This document shows, piece by piece, positions 11,881 to 28,918 of a DNA stretch of 51,971 nucleotides. Origin of the DNA: Chromera velia (lineage: Eukaryota). The DNA lies in NCBI GenBank assembly GCA_018398765.1, contig JAHBMJ010000265.1:1-51971 (forward strand), written 5' to 3'. Made by a program: the position numbers and the translations under genes. The notes beneath the pieces are model-generated. The model made no database searches. It saw only the letters and a list, made by a program, of their open reading frames with translations, and was not told where the DNA came from. How positions within the stretch are numbered: the stretch's first letter is position 1; each line of letters opens with the position of its first letter.

Positions 11881-12558
11881 CCGTCCCATAATATTCTTGT
11901 CTGTAAAGGAGTGAAAGGTTGGGTGTGTTGGCCTGATACACTGGGCCGGAGCGAGAGAGCATGACTGGAGGTGAAGAGCCTCAGGGAGATTTGGTTTCTG
12001 GCCTTGGAAGTTGAAGACTGCCTGGCGCTGCTCCCTCCTCTTAGAGCTAGAGGAGGTTGTGCTGACTGAATTGATCCATTCTTCTTCTCGGTCGTTGATG
12101 CAACGTGCTTGGTAGGAGTTCTTCTCCTCCTAGCATGAGTCGGTTTTCTGTCTTGGCCTATTAACTAGTACTGCATGCTGGAGGTTTTTTATTAAGGACC
12201 ACTCTAGGGAGCGGGCCGATAGACCGTATGTATGACTAGACACGTAGCGTGCGGCGGGTAATACCGAGCAGTTGCGTGATACATATATATGGGGTGGAGG
12301 TACTACCCGGACGGGCAGATGCTCCCATACCCGCCTTTAATACCTAATACCTAATATGTGCGGTGTCTACATGGTATGTGGCCGGGGCGTGGTGGCGGGG
12401 CCGTCATGGCTCCGGAAAGCGAAGCGGAAGGCACTTACAAAACAGAAATACCCCAGCCCACGCGTCTTTCACCAAAAACCCGGCCCCGAAAGGCTGAATT
12501 TGGGCCATGCGTACGTCAGATGGGTTTCAGCTTACCCCCGGGCTTTTTTCCTGGGGGG

Positions 12559-12961
12559 NNNNNNNNNNNNNNNNNNNNNNNNNNNNNNNNNNNNNNNNNN
12601 NNNNNNNNNNNNNNNNNNNNNNNNNNNNNNNNNNNNNNNNNNNNNNNNNNNNNNNNNNNNNNNNNNNNNNNNNNNNNNNNNNNNNNNNNNNNNNNNNNNN
12701 NNNNNNNNNNNNNNNNNNNNNNNNNNNNNNNNNNNNNNNNNNNNNNNNNNNNNNNNNNNNNNNNNNNNNNNNNNNNNNNNNNNNNNNNNNNNNNNNNNNN
12801 NNNNNNNNNNNNNNNNNNNNNNNNNNNNNNNNNNNNNNNNNNNNNNNNNNNNNNNNNNNNNNNNNNNNNNNNNNNNNNNNNNNNNNNNNNNNNNNNNNNN
12901 NNNNNNNNNNNNNNNNNNNNNNNNNNNNNNNNNNNNNNNNNNNNNNNNNNNNNNNNNNNNN
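12559..12961. other. Assembly gap (N run)
   Basis: Run of N flanked by very GC-rich sequence. A second short gap lies at 45291-45298. Confidence 1.
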
Positions 12962-13090
12962 GGCGCCACCGCCCGCGCGCCCGGTCGACTGGCCGGCGTG
13001 CGTCAATCTAGTGCTGTTCTCATTTTTCTTGCTTTCCGGGGCCGTTCGCAAGCTTGCTTGCGTCAGATGCATGCGCATGCATGCATGCAT
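12962..13090. promoter_or_regulatory. Putative promoter: GC island plus TGCATGCA cluster upstream of uL13m
   Basis: ggcgccaccgcccgcgcgcccgg followed by atgcatgcgcatgcatgcatgcat, ~250 bp upstream of the ATG. Confidence 0.45.
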
Positions 13091-13329
13091 TCCACGCGTA
13101 GACGGCAATGTCTGACACTAGTCGTACTCGAGATTACTCGAGTCAATCGGGTGGTGAGCACAAAATGTCACACCGCATGCTGCCCATGCGGTATGTGTGT
13201 CTCCCGAAACGCTGCTGAATGGCCATGCAGCCAGCTTGCGCACGGCTTGTCGCTTGCTTTTGAGGTGACGAGGACGGATACGAAAGTGGAGAAGGAGACA
13301 GCATGTTCCTTTCCCGTCTCCTGCGCCGC

Positions 13330-14409
13330 ATGACGAGGGCATGGAGAGAGAAGTACCCTCCTGCCTCGTACCACGAGGAGAAAATAGACCCCTTTGCGGA
13401 TGTCCAATGGTGAGTGGAGGGAAGCACTCTGTGCAGGATCGAGACGATAAAGCAGAGGCTTGAGGAAACTGCGCTGCATTAGCAAGTTCGGAGACGGAGT
13501 TTTGCTCTCACTCACTGCGTAATTCTTTTCGCGTTCTCGATTGCTCCTCTTGTCCGCTTTCTGTACCGACGGTTTCCGTTCTTTGGCCTCTATTCAGTGT
13601 GTTCCCGTTTGCTTCTGTCGTCTCTTCAGGATATCCCGGCCCTTCCAGAAGAAGAACATGCCCACCGAGCACTTCCGAGCTAAGCCACACAGATCGTTGA
13701 ATGCCATCACGGTCATGGACACGCCGACCGGAATCTGGCACATCGTGGACGCCAAGAATCGGGTTATTCAGCGAAAGGAAGAAACAAGAGAAGAAGATGA
13801 AGAAGGCAGAAAAGAGACAGAAGAAGGGGAAGAAACAAAACCAACGAATATGAAGACCTTTTCTTCATCCGATAGAAAGGATAGTGCAAAACCCCAAACT
13901 TGGGGCAGGAGCCCTGCCTCCTGCTTTTGGTTCCTGGTCCTCTTGTCTGTGAGATCACTGTCTACCCTTTTTTCTGGAGAAACGCAAATTGTCGATTTCA
14001 CCTGATTCATCCCTTCCTCCCCCCCCCTCCCTCCCTCCCCTTCTCAGTCGGTCGGCGGTCTCGCCCAAAGGATCGCGTGTCTGTTGATGGGAAAACACAA
14101 GGTGACAATGCAAAGGAGCACTCCGGGGGGGGACAATGTCATAGTCGTCAACGCCATTCATGTCAAGTTCAAAGGACACACGTGGGATACCAAGGTCTAC
14201 AAATTTCCTCGACCCGGTCTGTGTTTCTTTCTGCGTCTCTCCTGCGTTCCTCCCTTCTTCCGTATCCGTGTCTGGATGGACTCCGATCTCGCTTCCTGTG
14301 CTGTCCTTCACTGCCCTGCTCTCTCCGTAAGTGTCTGCCTGTTGCTTTCTTTGAGCCAGAGCCAGAGCCTGAGTTTGAGTATACACGAGAATGACTGTGT
14401 GCCCGTTTC

Positions 14410-14441
<32 letters not shown>

Positions 14442-14444
14442 TGA

Positions 14445-14495
<51 letters not shown>

Positions 14496-14497
14496 TC

Positions 14498-14531
<34 letters not shown>

Positions 14532-15783
14532 AAAGAGAGAGAGAGAGAGAAAGAGCGTGCCTAAGTATATGTTCCTTTGTCCGTTCGTGAATGGGGTCTT
14601 TCTGATCGCCCAACATCCCTCTCCCTGCAGCCGTCGCGTCAGGTCCGAAGATCGTCACTGCGAAGACAATCATGTTCAAGAAACCGTCCATGATTGTCAG
14701 TCAGTAGACCCTCACATGTGAACAAATCGAGAGATGAAGAAGCACTGCATGCACTTCGATAAGGAGCTGGAAACTGAGAGCAAACACCGCGCTGTGCTGT
14801 GCACATCTCCCACTTTTGTAGATCCCTCGCTTTCCTGAAATTGGACAATCTGCTCGGCTTCCCCGCTTCGCTCTCTCCATTACGCCTTGAGAGTGAGGGT
14901 CCCTCCCCCCATTTCTCTCTCCGTGCCTGTCCTGTTTCCCCAAATGAGCATTTTGCTGATGACGTGTGTGTGTGTGTGTGTGTGTGTTTGTGCTTGCGCA
15001 GTTGAACATGGCTGTGAAGGGAATGCTCCCGAAAAACAAAATGCGACAAGTGAGTCAGTCCATGCAGGGGTAACGGCTAGTTATCTCTGGACTGCTTTCA
15101 CGTCCTGCCTGCCTGCATGCATAATCCACGGTTTGGTGGTTCTCTTAGGCTTCACGTCTTGCGGCTGATAGGCAGGTACACTGTCAGTGTGTCTTGTTGC
15201 AGGTTCACTGAGCATCCAGTCATGCTACTTCTTTGCCGTCAGTCACCAAGCTGGTACAACCTATCTGTAACTGCAGATAGACGGCTGGCACTATCAGTGA
15301 CTGCAGATAAACGGCTGCGTGTGTTGACGCACGTCCATGTATGCAGGTGATGTATCGCAAACTGTTCGTGTATCCTGGGGCCCTCCATCCGCATTGGGGC
15401 ATCCCTCAGGTGAGTGCCTTGACGACGCGGTTATTTTCTTCAGAGAGGCCAGAGGGGGAAAGAAGAACTAAAGAGGGAAAGGAACTGAAACTCTTCTTTT
15501 GGTATATTCCTCACGCTGACACACGTCACATCAGTTCACTTTGAAGAAAGGCGAAGCATCAATGCAGGGAGAGAGCGAGAGAACGGGAGAGAGGCCCTTG
15601 TACAGAAGGAAAAAGTCATTGAATCACTTAATTGATGCTGGATCGATTGATCAATCCCTCTAAATGTGGTCCGCTTTCTCTCTCTCTAAGGACTTTGAAG
15701 GCTTTCTTTTTGTTTCATTCGACGTCTTTCGATACAGATATCCTTGTGAGCCTTTGTGTTTGTGTGTTTGTGTGTGTTTCTCT

Positions 15784-15820
<37 letters not shown>

Positions 15821-15831
15821 TGTATGTGTAT

Positions 15832-15876
<45 letters not shown>

Positions 15877-16138
15877 CCAGGTCATTGTCCCGAAAGAAAA
15901 GATCCAGGTTTCAGCGACCACAATGGACAGTCTCTTCACAGTGCAGCCAGCACTGACGGATGCAGACGGAAGACCTTACATCAGAGAGGGGGGCGACCCC
16001 AGTGTGCGAAGGAGGGGCTTCAGACAGTGGAGGGACGACCCGGCAGGCGCTCCGTCTTCATCTGCGTTTTTTCCTCCGGAAAAAGAAATTTCACAAGGGA
16101 CGCGCACCAGCGTGAAAGCAAAACACTCAGGAGAATGA
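13330..16138 (+). CDS. MRPL13: Mitochondrial-type 50S ribosomal protein uL13 (uL13m), 7 exons
   Basis: GT-AG exons 13330-13409, 13630-13762, 14048-14216, 14631-14695, 15002-15049, 15347-15409 and 15881-16138 join in phase. They give WHIVDAKNRSVGGLAQRIACLLMGKHK...GDNVIVVNA...AVKGMLPKNKMR...LFVYPGALHPH, the bacterial-type L13 motifs. Confidence 0.92.
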
Positions 16139-16955
16139 ACCAAGGCGTGTGACCGCATCTAGGACCGCGCATCTGCAAATTGGTGTTTTACATCAATCCA
16201 TTCTCAATGATAGTCATTTCTGAGTCAGTGACTCACATGACCATCAGAGAATATCGTATACTATAGCTCGAGCTTATGCATTTGGTGTTTGAGTCGCTGT
16301 TACCATACCTTGCAGAAATGTAGGTAGAGACCTAAGAATTTAATTAAAAGATCGAATAGATAGTAATATTCATATAAAAAGTACTATTAAAGGGAGTCTT
16401 CAACTTGAAGGGACTGCCCAAAAGAATGTACTTACCGATCCCTTCCCTAGAAGAAGTCAACAGATATATGAAAGCTTATAAGTGGGGCTTTTTGAAGGCT
16501 TGGGGGCCCCCTGGAGGGGGGGAGTTTTGAGATACCGTCTTATAAATTTTTTTTTGTGCGTCCCCATGAGCCGGCTGGGGACATGCATGTGCATGCATGC
16601 ATCGCGCATTAATTGTGCGTGCGTGGATCCTTTTTTTGTGGTCGACTCATCAGAGACACTATGAGACACTAAAGACTGCATGATCTGTGAGAAAAGATCA
16701 TTTCGATCCATCAGGTCCATCAATGATCAAGATCTCGATCGATCGGGAGAAGGTCATTCAGAAGAGTCACAAGACATCATTGTTCATTGAAGCGCTCCGC
16801 GAAGTGAGCAGTTGCAGATTTGTAGGCGTAGCTTCGGACTTAAATTCGCTGTCGATCAGACAAACTTGTGGAACCCAATACGTCTAATTAATTGGGGACC
16901 CTCTCCTAGTGGGACTGTCTCTTTTAATATCTTTTTGTCTCGGCACTCGAAATGA

Positions 16956-19744
<2,789 letters not shown>

Positions 19745-21408
19745 GTCCTCCGATGGGCACAAACCCTCAGCCTAAAGGAGAACTTCCCTCGGTTCACTTA
19801 CCAGCAGTACCTATCATCAAACAGGATAAAAATGATATAGTTTATAACAGGGTATTAAATAATTGAATTAAATTGAATTGATATTTGAATCTCTTTATCT
19901 TTGTGTACTCTGTCTGATAGTATTTATATCTAAATCTGTATATAATACTATATATATTATGTCAGTGCTGTTATATATCAAGTAATATTTGATATTTATA
20001 ATATAGGCTTAATAAAATTTAATATTTGACATATTCTTTTCATTTGAATACTCAAATAAGTTCATATACAAACAAATATGTATGAGTGCATAGCATAGAC
20101 TGATTCATTTGTTTTACACTAACTTGCCGCTGAACGGCCTGAGCCTTCTCGCTATGTTGAATTAAATTGTTTAAAAAGTTAAAGAATTATGATTTGAAAG
20201 AAAAATTTAGGATAGAAAGCCTGCCTTTGAGTATAAAGTTTTTATATGTATAGTGTTTATAGTTCTATAGTATTTACACATTAATCAAGCAGGCTTGGCA
20301 AAAACACAAACGATATATAATCCTCAGATCTGGTAGGATTATTTTAGTAGGACGTTATTCAAGGAGTAAATTCTAGGTTAAGAGCTCCCATAACTGCTTG
20401 AATTTACATGATATATACAATTTGATAATACAAGGCTTCCACTCTTTCATACGTGGAAGGCAATCATCTGGAACGCTAGCTCTGCCCCAGCAGGGTAGCA
20501 TGCCTGGTTGATAGTCGCCTGATTGTATCCTCAAAATCTTGTATCTCTCTTTTCTGTTGTTTCTGTGAACCGAAGAAACAATCTTCATTTGTGCCAACAA
20601 CTAAATGCACTCTGGAGCCAAAAAAATCAGGGCCCAGAACGAATTCCTCTGCCTGGACCCCCTTTCTAATTTAGAAATCGCCCCCATGCTGCAGGATGAC
20701 AAACCGCCGATCAATTCTCTAACCTGGATCGAGACCGATGCATCAATTCACGTACGCACCATCGGCATGCACGGAATTCTGTCTATCTATTTCGGCCATG
20801 TGATAGTCGGTCGCACCCTGCAGATTCACGAAATCGAATGCGGTCCGCCGGGCATTCGTTGGTAGAGCAGTTCTACAAACAGTCTTTCTCTTCCCTGCCT
20901 CTTTCGACGTGCGCAAACTCATTGGCCTGCCTTCTGCTTCTCATTTGCGGCAGCCAGAGGTTCGGAAACGTCTTTGATGATCGAGAAGAATTAAGACGTC
21001 AAAACAATCACAGCGATCTGTGCACTGTAACTGTACACGCAGGTATCAAGCACGCAAGGATTCACTTACTGCGCCGATCCCATGCGAACTCACCTTCACT
21101 TCAATTCCCCCTCCTGACACCTTCTGACGCTCCCTCCGTCGCTCCATCTCTGTAGTGTGCTCCCTTACCCACTCAATCATCCACTCATATTCGAACTTTC
21201 GCCACCCCTCCCCACCCTCCCCACCCACCCCATCCCGGGGGTCCGCGTCCTGCGTGAGAGTTTCTCTCTCTTTCATTGCATGGCGCTTTCCTTCACTGGT
21301 CCTTTCACCAGATCATTCATACGCCTAGTCATGGTGCATGTGCATACAGAGTCTCGATCTTTTACATATTCCCTCATCCTGTTCTTCGACATTTGAAGGA
21401 ATGCTCTT

Positions 21409-24400
21409 TCACTTGGGGTGTAGTCGAGATTTGGCCCCTGTTGCTGATTGCGGGAGTGCTGGAAGTGTGCTATCATCAGCTGTGATGTTGGCTTCGGAAT
21501 CCCATTCCTCTTTTGCCCCCATGCATCCTCTAGTCCGAAGACCAGAAATCTCCGCTCTCACCGTCTCTGTGGGAGCAACATCCAAAAATTCACCCATTCC
21601 AATTTCCAGTGCTTCGGCACCAGCGGTGAGTGATTTTCTGAGAGAACTTTTGAGGGCTGCTGCGTCGGGCAGAGAACCGAGACGCCGATCACCCCGTTCC
21701 GCGTCTCGCTTGTGTTCGGGACTCTTGAGAACGGTGGGCTTGGGACGAAAGGAAAGAGCTCGTTGATTTTTTCTTTGCATCGGAACGAGAGGGAGAAAGG
21801 TGTCGGGCGAGCTTTCGATTTGTTGCCCTGCAAGGTTGGGCTTCATTTCAGTGTCCGCGCGCACAGCAGCGGCCAGTGCTGAGGAGGGCGAACCATCCCC
21901 TTGCTGCTGAGGGGCCCCCGAGAAGGGAGTGAAGGAGGGGAGAGCCTCAGAATCGGTTATAGCCCCTTCCAGTTCGTTGCTTTCGGGGACGCTTGACTGG
22001 CGGGCCGAGGATCTCCGCCCCCTCTGCATACAGAAAGAAGCGAGATCAGAGATATTTTGCAAATGAATTACACTGCCAAAGGACTGGATGGCAACGCCGA
22101 GCGCGTTCCTTGCTCCCCTCGGTATCTGTCCCCAGAGACTATAGAATGATTGAGCCAAGCAAAGAGAAAATCACACCGTACACCCGCGAAAAAGCTCCAA
22201 GGAAGAACTCCGCGGCTTGAGTTTGTCCACATCACAGTGTACTTTCTTTCACCCGTTCTCACACACAAACCGCTGTCTTTTTGCCTGCCAGCCCGTCTGT
22301 CTCTCCGTCTGCCTATCCATCAATCTCTCTGTCCGTCTGTCTGTCTGTCCGTCTGTCTCTCTGCACCCTGCCCACGCAGTTTGATTGTTGGTTCTGTTCT
22401 TTTGTCTTTGTTATTTCTTCCTTTTGTCTGTTATGTACATGAAGAAAAGAAGGAAGAAGAAGAAACAGATAGTCTGTCTCTTTGTCTGCCTGTCTATCTG
22501 ACTCGCATTATTCCTGTCCTTCTATTTCTTTGTCTGTTCATCCATCTGTATCCTATATACAGGAGAGGTTGAGCATGGTTGAGCAAGTGCAGAAGGACCG
22601 AGAGAAGTGGCTTGTCCGCAGCTCACTGTTTTGCAAATGACACTTGACAATGTTCAGCAGAACGGCTGACCGAGAGTCTGTCTTTCGAGGTATGGAAAAG
22701 CACGTTGGCCTCTTCCTCGTTCTCCCCAATCGTCTCAACGTTGGGCCACTTCGGACAGCAGCACCAGGGTCTATGCACCTGATGCCTCAGGAGACCTGGA
22801 TAGTTTTTCTCGAAGAAGCTCACACAGCGCTTCCGTTCTTTGGACTCCAAACCGGAAAGAACGTTTTCATATTTCAAAATGAACCTGCGAAAAAAAAGAG
22901 AAAGACAAAGTTGTACGACCCAATATTCGCACCAAATTCATGCACTGAAGCAGGTGCGTCCCTCCTCATTTGAAGCCGAAACTCTGGTCTGGATGCTGTT
23001 CCGAGAGCTGTTCTCGAAGAGATACGGCTCATTTGTTTCCGCACTGGCTCGGTGACTGAATACCAGTTACTGACCAGCAAAAGGCAATGTTGTCTCTTGA
23101 GAGAGGATACGGTTCGATTCTCAACCCCATCTTCTCCACCCTGTCAACGCGTGAGAGCGCAACTTGGGACGGAAGTCCCGCCAGCATTGCGCGCATTCCG
23201 AGCAACGCATGCTGAATAGGTCCCGCTATGCGTCTCCAGACGAAGATGGCCCCGAAGATCTTGATGCTCAGTGCGAGAAAGAGGATCCCAGCAGTGAAGC
23301 TGATTCTCATCACACTGCACACAGACACACACGCACACACACACACACACACAAATATACAAAAAAAACAAAAACAGATCTAAAAAAAGCAATGTTAACA
23401 GGAGCAGAGGGTCAAAGAGAAGCTACTCATCGGATACGGTTTTGCTGATGCTCTGCGTGCGCCAGTCAAGCACAGATTTCGGTAGGTGTGCCACTTTTCC
23501 CCCTGCTGTCAGATGAATGCAACCTGTCTAATGCCGTATTCGAACTAGCGTAGTCCCCCCCCAACACCAAGTACGCTGCCAAAGATTGGCAGGGGACTGT
23601 TGAAAATCACAATTGGCGCAAAGGGCTGTGGTCAGATGCAAGACCAACTGCATGCATTCGGACGTGTAACACGCGAGCGCTGTGTATGTGTCACAGTCTT
23701 CAAGTAAGAGAGCAACAGCAAGAGCGATATTTGTAGCATGCACAAGCGTGAGACCCCCAAGGGAAAAAGACCGCCCATCTGCACTAACACACCCATATCT
23801 CGCCAACCCATGGACCCACCGAGCGTCCTGTGCCGCCTCTGTTCGGACCCCCCTGACAAGAAAGACTTGATCGTATCTGAAATCATCTGGAACGAAGTTG
23901 ATCATGTCAGGGGGGACCTGCATGCATGGTAACAGACAGAGAGAGAGGGAGGGAAACATGTGGTCAGAGGGAGAGAAAGAAAGAGAAGCCGTGAAGACAG
24001 GAAGCGGAGAACACAAAAAGCTTTCGGATGAACTCTTACTACAGCATGATTTCTCTGAGAGAAAGCCCCAGAAACGTAAACGGATTCACAAAGCAGTAAG
24101 CGAGAACGAATCCACGCAAACACTGACACAAAAACAGCATACAACTGAGAAAACAAAAAGAGCCTTCTGGGCCCGCACCCTAAATTGCTGCACTACGTCT
24201 AGCGCTCTTCCGGAACGGATTACAAGCTCACCTACCTGCACAGCGGAGACAAAATAGTTCCTCTCCCTCAAGCTCAGGAGAATTGTATCTTTGTCCCTGT
24301 TCTCTGCACCCCTCAAAAGTTTCATCAGGGTTTCCTCTTGACCCGGCAGACCGTCTTCTAGAAAGTCTAAGTCGACCCTCAGCTGCTGATGTTCGTACTC

Positions 24401-27400
24401 CTCCACGCTCGCCCTCAGCCGGCCCTCCGCGTCCGCCAGAACCGCAATGGACCTCCGAAAATAGGTCCACGTAGACGCTTCGGAAGGCTCGTACACAAGT
24501 GACGACAACAGCCGGGGCATGCCGTCCTTCACGACGTAGCTGCCCACAAAGCCATCATGGAAGGCCGCCATCGACCACTCGTTCAGAATTGTTTTTCCGT
24601 TTAACATATCGGCTGAAATCAACACACCCTTCACCGCTCCTGTTTGGTTTGTGTCACTGACCGCATACACCGGGGTGGCGGCGAATCTGTATGTGTCATG
24701 AAAATCAAAACGATGTTTTGGTCTCGGGAAGACTCATGACAAGTGACGAATAAGTAAATAAAGATAACGGAGGGATTCAGCGCGACCTGATGTAGAAGAT
24801 AGCGTCTAGTGTCACGTGCATCGAGAGAGTTTAGATTCGGTCACGTGCTTCTTCCCTTTTTCTTTCTTTCGCTTGATCGATTCTTTTCTTCATGTTCTCG
24901 CACCCCGACTTTTGGACAGGTCTGCCTCTCCATTAAAGCACACACACCACCATTTGATCAAAGACACGTACACTACGCCAACAAAAGACACTGATGAAAC
25001 TTTGCAGCAAGGCAATTGACAGAATGGAAGGAAGTTCAAGAATTACGGACCTGCCGACTATCGGATCAAAGTCCGCTTGACACACGCCCCCAGCGCTTCT
25101 ACCCGACTGTCCGAGGGTGCCGTCATCATGAAACGCCAAGCCACTGTACCCGAACGAGGACAGGTGCAGGTCCGCCCAGACAGGCGCTTGCAGGCCTTTA
25201 AAATCTTGGAACGGAACCGAGTCTGTCGCTAGGACCTGCTTATTCAGGTTCGAGACCCTCTCTGGCAGGTTGTTCAGGACGTACCGTTGCCCTGCGTTGC
25301 TGATGTCCATTTCATCAGCCAGGGCAAGCATGATAGGAGTTGCGCCCTGCGCACATGAGAAGAAAGGAAAGAACATACAGAGAAGACAAGTGAGATGTAC
25401 AGGGAAAAGACTCGTGTGAGTCTGTGCATAGAAGCCAGTCAAGGCGACATCCAATCGACACGAAGATACAGCTACATTGCGTTTTCTGAGGAGTGTGGAT
25501 TCCTCCAGGCAGCCATCACCGAAAAAGCAAACAACTTCTGGGCCGGTCAAACAATCTGTAGCTTTCTCTCTCAAGGTCATCGACTCTTGTTTTCTCGGAG
25601 AGACGTGTTAGCTCCGAAATTACACAGGAAAATGACCGGCAAAACAGAGAGACAGACCGACGTCAGAACAATCCATCCGACTTGAGTGAGGCCTCACTGC
25701 GAGAAGCAACTGTTCCAAAAAGCATGCAGTCGTCTCATGTGTTCTTTTGCGGTTGTCAGACCATATTTTAGAACGGCTATCCCCATGCTGATAACAGCAA
25801 GAAAATTGACGCTGACACTTTGACTGACGGACTGACTGACTGGTGTGACAAGCATGGCCACTTCTATTCTCCGTCTTCGGACTTCCCCTCCCAAGATTGC
25901 CTCCACCTCTCCTCTCAACGCAACCGCATCTGTCGATTCGAAGTCTGAGGAGGAGGCCAAACTTCGAATCGCGCTGTTCGAGGCCACACCCCTGAACCCG
26001 AAACCCATGTGATACACCTGCAGGAGAAAGAATCAGAGAAAATAATTGGACACAGACTGCGAAAGGCGCACCCGTCCGCCATTCAATGAAGGGGAAGAAA
26101 GAGCAGAGAGAAGAGGAGAATGTCAACAACTTTTGCAGCATGGAGCGACTTTTGTGCAATGAATGAGAAGCCAATCATTGACCCATTTGAACAGATTCTG
26201 AATAGAAGGAAAGGCATAAATCAGTCACGGGCAAAGAAAGACAACATCTTGGAGACAGACAAAAACAAACACCGTCAGGTAGAAAGAGGAGTGCGCCATA
26301 CCTGTCTGTCGACTTCCTTTCTTCCTCCCTGTTTAGTGTGGAGATGCATGCAGCAATCTCACGAAAATGGAATTCTCTTGTTTTCTCGCTTCTTTTTTTC
26401 TCTTTCTTGTCAGTCATCACACCGATGGACAAACAGACAGGCAGACAGACAGACAGACAGACAGACAGACCTGTAGATGGTATGCAATTGTAAGGAGCTG
26501 GGCCTCCTCGATTGTCTGGAACTTCAGAGAGTCCGAGAGCACATTCAAGCTGAGGAACAGGTTAACGATCAGCAGGGTGAGACCGAAGAGGTTGACGACG
26601 GTGTCGAGAAGAACGGTTCTTACTGAAGGCATACGCCAAAACGTGATGGCCTTTAAGAACATCTGACGGGATAACAAGACGGTTCTTTTCAGATCTTTTA
26701 CCCTCGCTTCAAATTCTGCATCCTCTATGTCGCTCACGTTGTCTTGTGTTACGCCCCTTGAAATTTTACCACCTCCCGTGCTTAGTCTTTTCCTCCTCCT
26801 TTTTGCTCTCTCCTCCGCCCTCTTTCTGGCTGCTTCTTTTTGCGCCTCCACCATTTTGCTAACGTACAACGGCAACCCCGTCATCAGATGGTATAACTCC
26901 GCCCGGCTGCTCAGGTATTCCCGTGCTGACTTCGAGGCTCGCCAAACAGGAAGAAGAGCAGTCACAAATACAAAAATCACACCCAAAATGTCAGCAACTC
27001 GGCTCATGGCCTCCAAAATTCTAATCAGGTTCACTTCGGCTCTGCTATTTTCTACGTTTAGAAAGATCCCCCTAACAATGACTGCTTTTCCCCCCCTTCT
27101 CAGAACTTTGTGTTCCTCCGGGGCCTCCCGGTCCTCAAACAGAAGGGGGTTGACTCTCTTGGCCGCAAAAAGGACTTCTTCGTCACCGATCATCGCTCTG
27201 CCGTAGTTGACCTGGCGATGGCTTGAAGTTGCGTGGGCTCTCCTCAGGACCTGCGGCGGATGGATCGTCAGATTGACACAGAGTAAACTGGCATGTAGTC
27301 GCCTTTTGGCAGCAGGACTCAGGAATTCAGGTGGCGTCCAAAGCTTTAGTTGAGCACCGAGGGATTTACGGTAGGGATGGCATAAACTGTGGAAGTGAAG

Positions 27401-28840
27401 TAGCAGAGAGCGATAATCGGACTTGCTACACAGACATTGGGCCGAGACACAAAGAGACAATGCTAACAGAGAAGGATAGAAGGGTGGAAAAACCCGGACA
27501 GATTAACTGTCCCGCAGAAAAGTCAAGCTTAGGACATAGAAAGGCATGCGAAAGAACGAAACACAAGTCAACCAACTCAACTGAAAAGATCGTCATCAAG
27601 ACATTGGGACCAGTCCCCACTTCCCCTTTTCTTGAACATCGGACACTCATGTAGCGAAATCTGTCTGTCTGTCTGTCTGTCTGCCATATCGTCTGTCTGT
27701 ATCTCTATCTGTCTGTCTGACTGTGAGCACTGTAAACGGACTGACGCTTCTCTTGAAGCCGTCCATTCGGAATTCCCGTGCCTGTGCCACCCCTCCCGAC
27801 ATCAGCAGCTGAGTGACGGCCCACGGTCCGGCTTCATCTGGGGATGACAAATATACCCCCGCAAAGCCGCTTCCCGTACCCTTCACTATTCTTCCAGGTA
27901 CTGCAGGCAGGCATCCACACATTAATTGAAGGTTCGACAAAGAAATCCAGACAGATGAGAGGGCCATATTCTGAACTAAGTGGAAAGAAACAGGTCCAAA
28001 CTGGACTGCATGAGAGAGACCTCAAAAAGAGTTGCAAATAGGTACATGCATTCTTTGCAGACATGTGGAGAGAGTCTGGATGAAACAGACACCCACACGT
28101 CTCCAGACTGTTATGAACCTTCATTGGCTTCCTTTCTCCCTTCATTTCCTTTCATTCCTTCCGTCTTCTTTCTCTCTTTTCTTCTTTTCTTCTTTCCTTC
28201 CTTCCTTGCTTGCTTCCTTCCTTCTTTCTTTTTCTTTATGCTTTGCTTCGTTCCTCTATTCCGTCCTTGATTCCTTTGTTCGTTCCCTGCTGCCGCCGTT
28301 CATCCTTCCCTTCCTATTCTGTCCTGCTACACACATTGGTCCTGCACGGTCCGGTCCTTGCTGGAGGTACTGACAGCCGAAGAGACTCAACAGCTGACCA
28401 ACGAGTCACCAACATCAGATACTAGCTCGATTGATACAAACTCACTAGTTCACTCCTGGCAAGTATCGAATTTCGATAGAAAAAAAAGGAGCCAAGGACT
28501 GACTGACTGACTGACTGACTGCTCGACTTCCCGTCCACAACGTCTCCTGCCACAAGGATGCCCAAGAGGGTGGAACCGTCGACAACCGGAGTGACCACCC
28601 AACGAATCAAGGGGTCTCTCCCCGTGTCCCAGGGGCCCAGTAACGGAACGGGGGCACTCGTATCGATTGATTCCCGAATCAGGGGGGGGCTCTGCATGTA
28701 AATTTAGGGGAATTGAATATGATGTTTTGTATCGATGCATGATTCATTCAGCACTATGGCAGGTAGATGGGAAAAATAGTGAGGGAAGGCAAAAGACATA
28801 TGCTACAGCTCAACCCAGGAACCACACAAATCACGTACAA

Positions 28841-28918
<78 letters not shown>

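Larger units (their letters stand above)
9230..12356 (+). mobile_element. Degenerate, internally deleted non-LTR retrotransposon (LINE), interrupted at 9704-11029
   Basis: APE endonuclease relic at 11278-11880 and a short tandem 3' tail taatacc-taatacc-taata at ~12338-12356. The 5' boundary is approximate and no RT core is visible. Confidence 0.55.

Noticed and set aside
12356..13333. ORFs spanning X runs
   Set aside because: Artefacts of the N gap.
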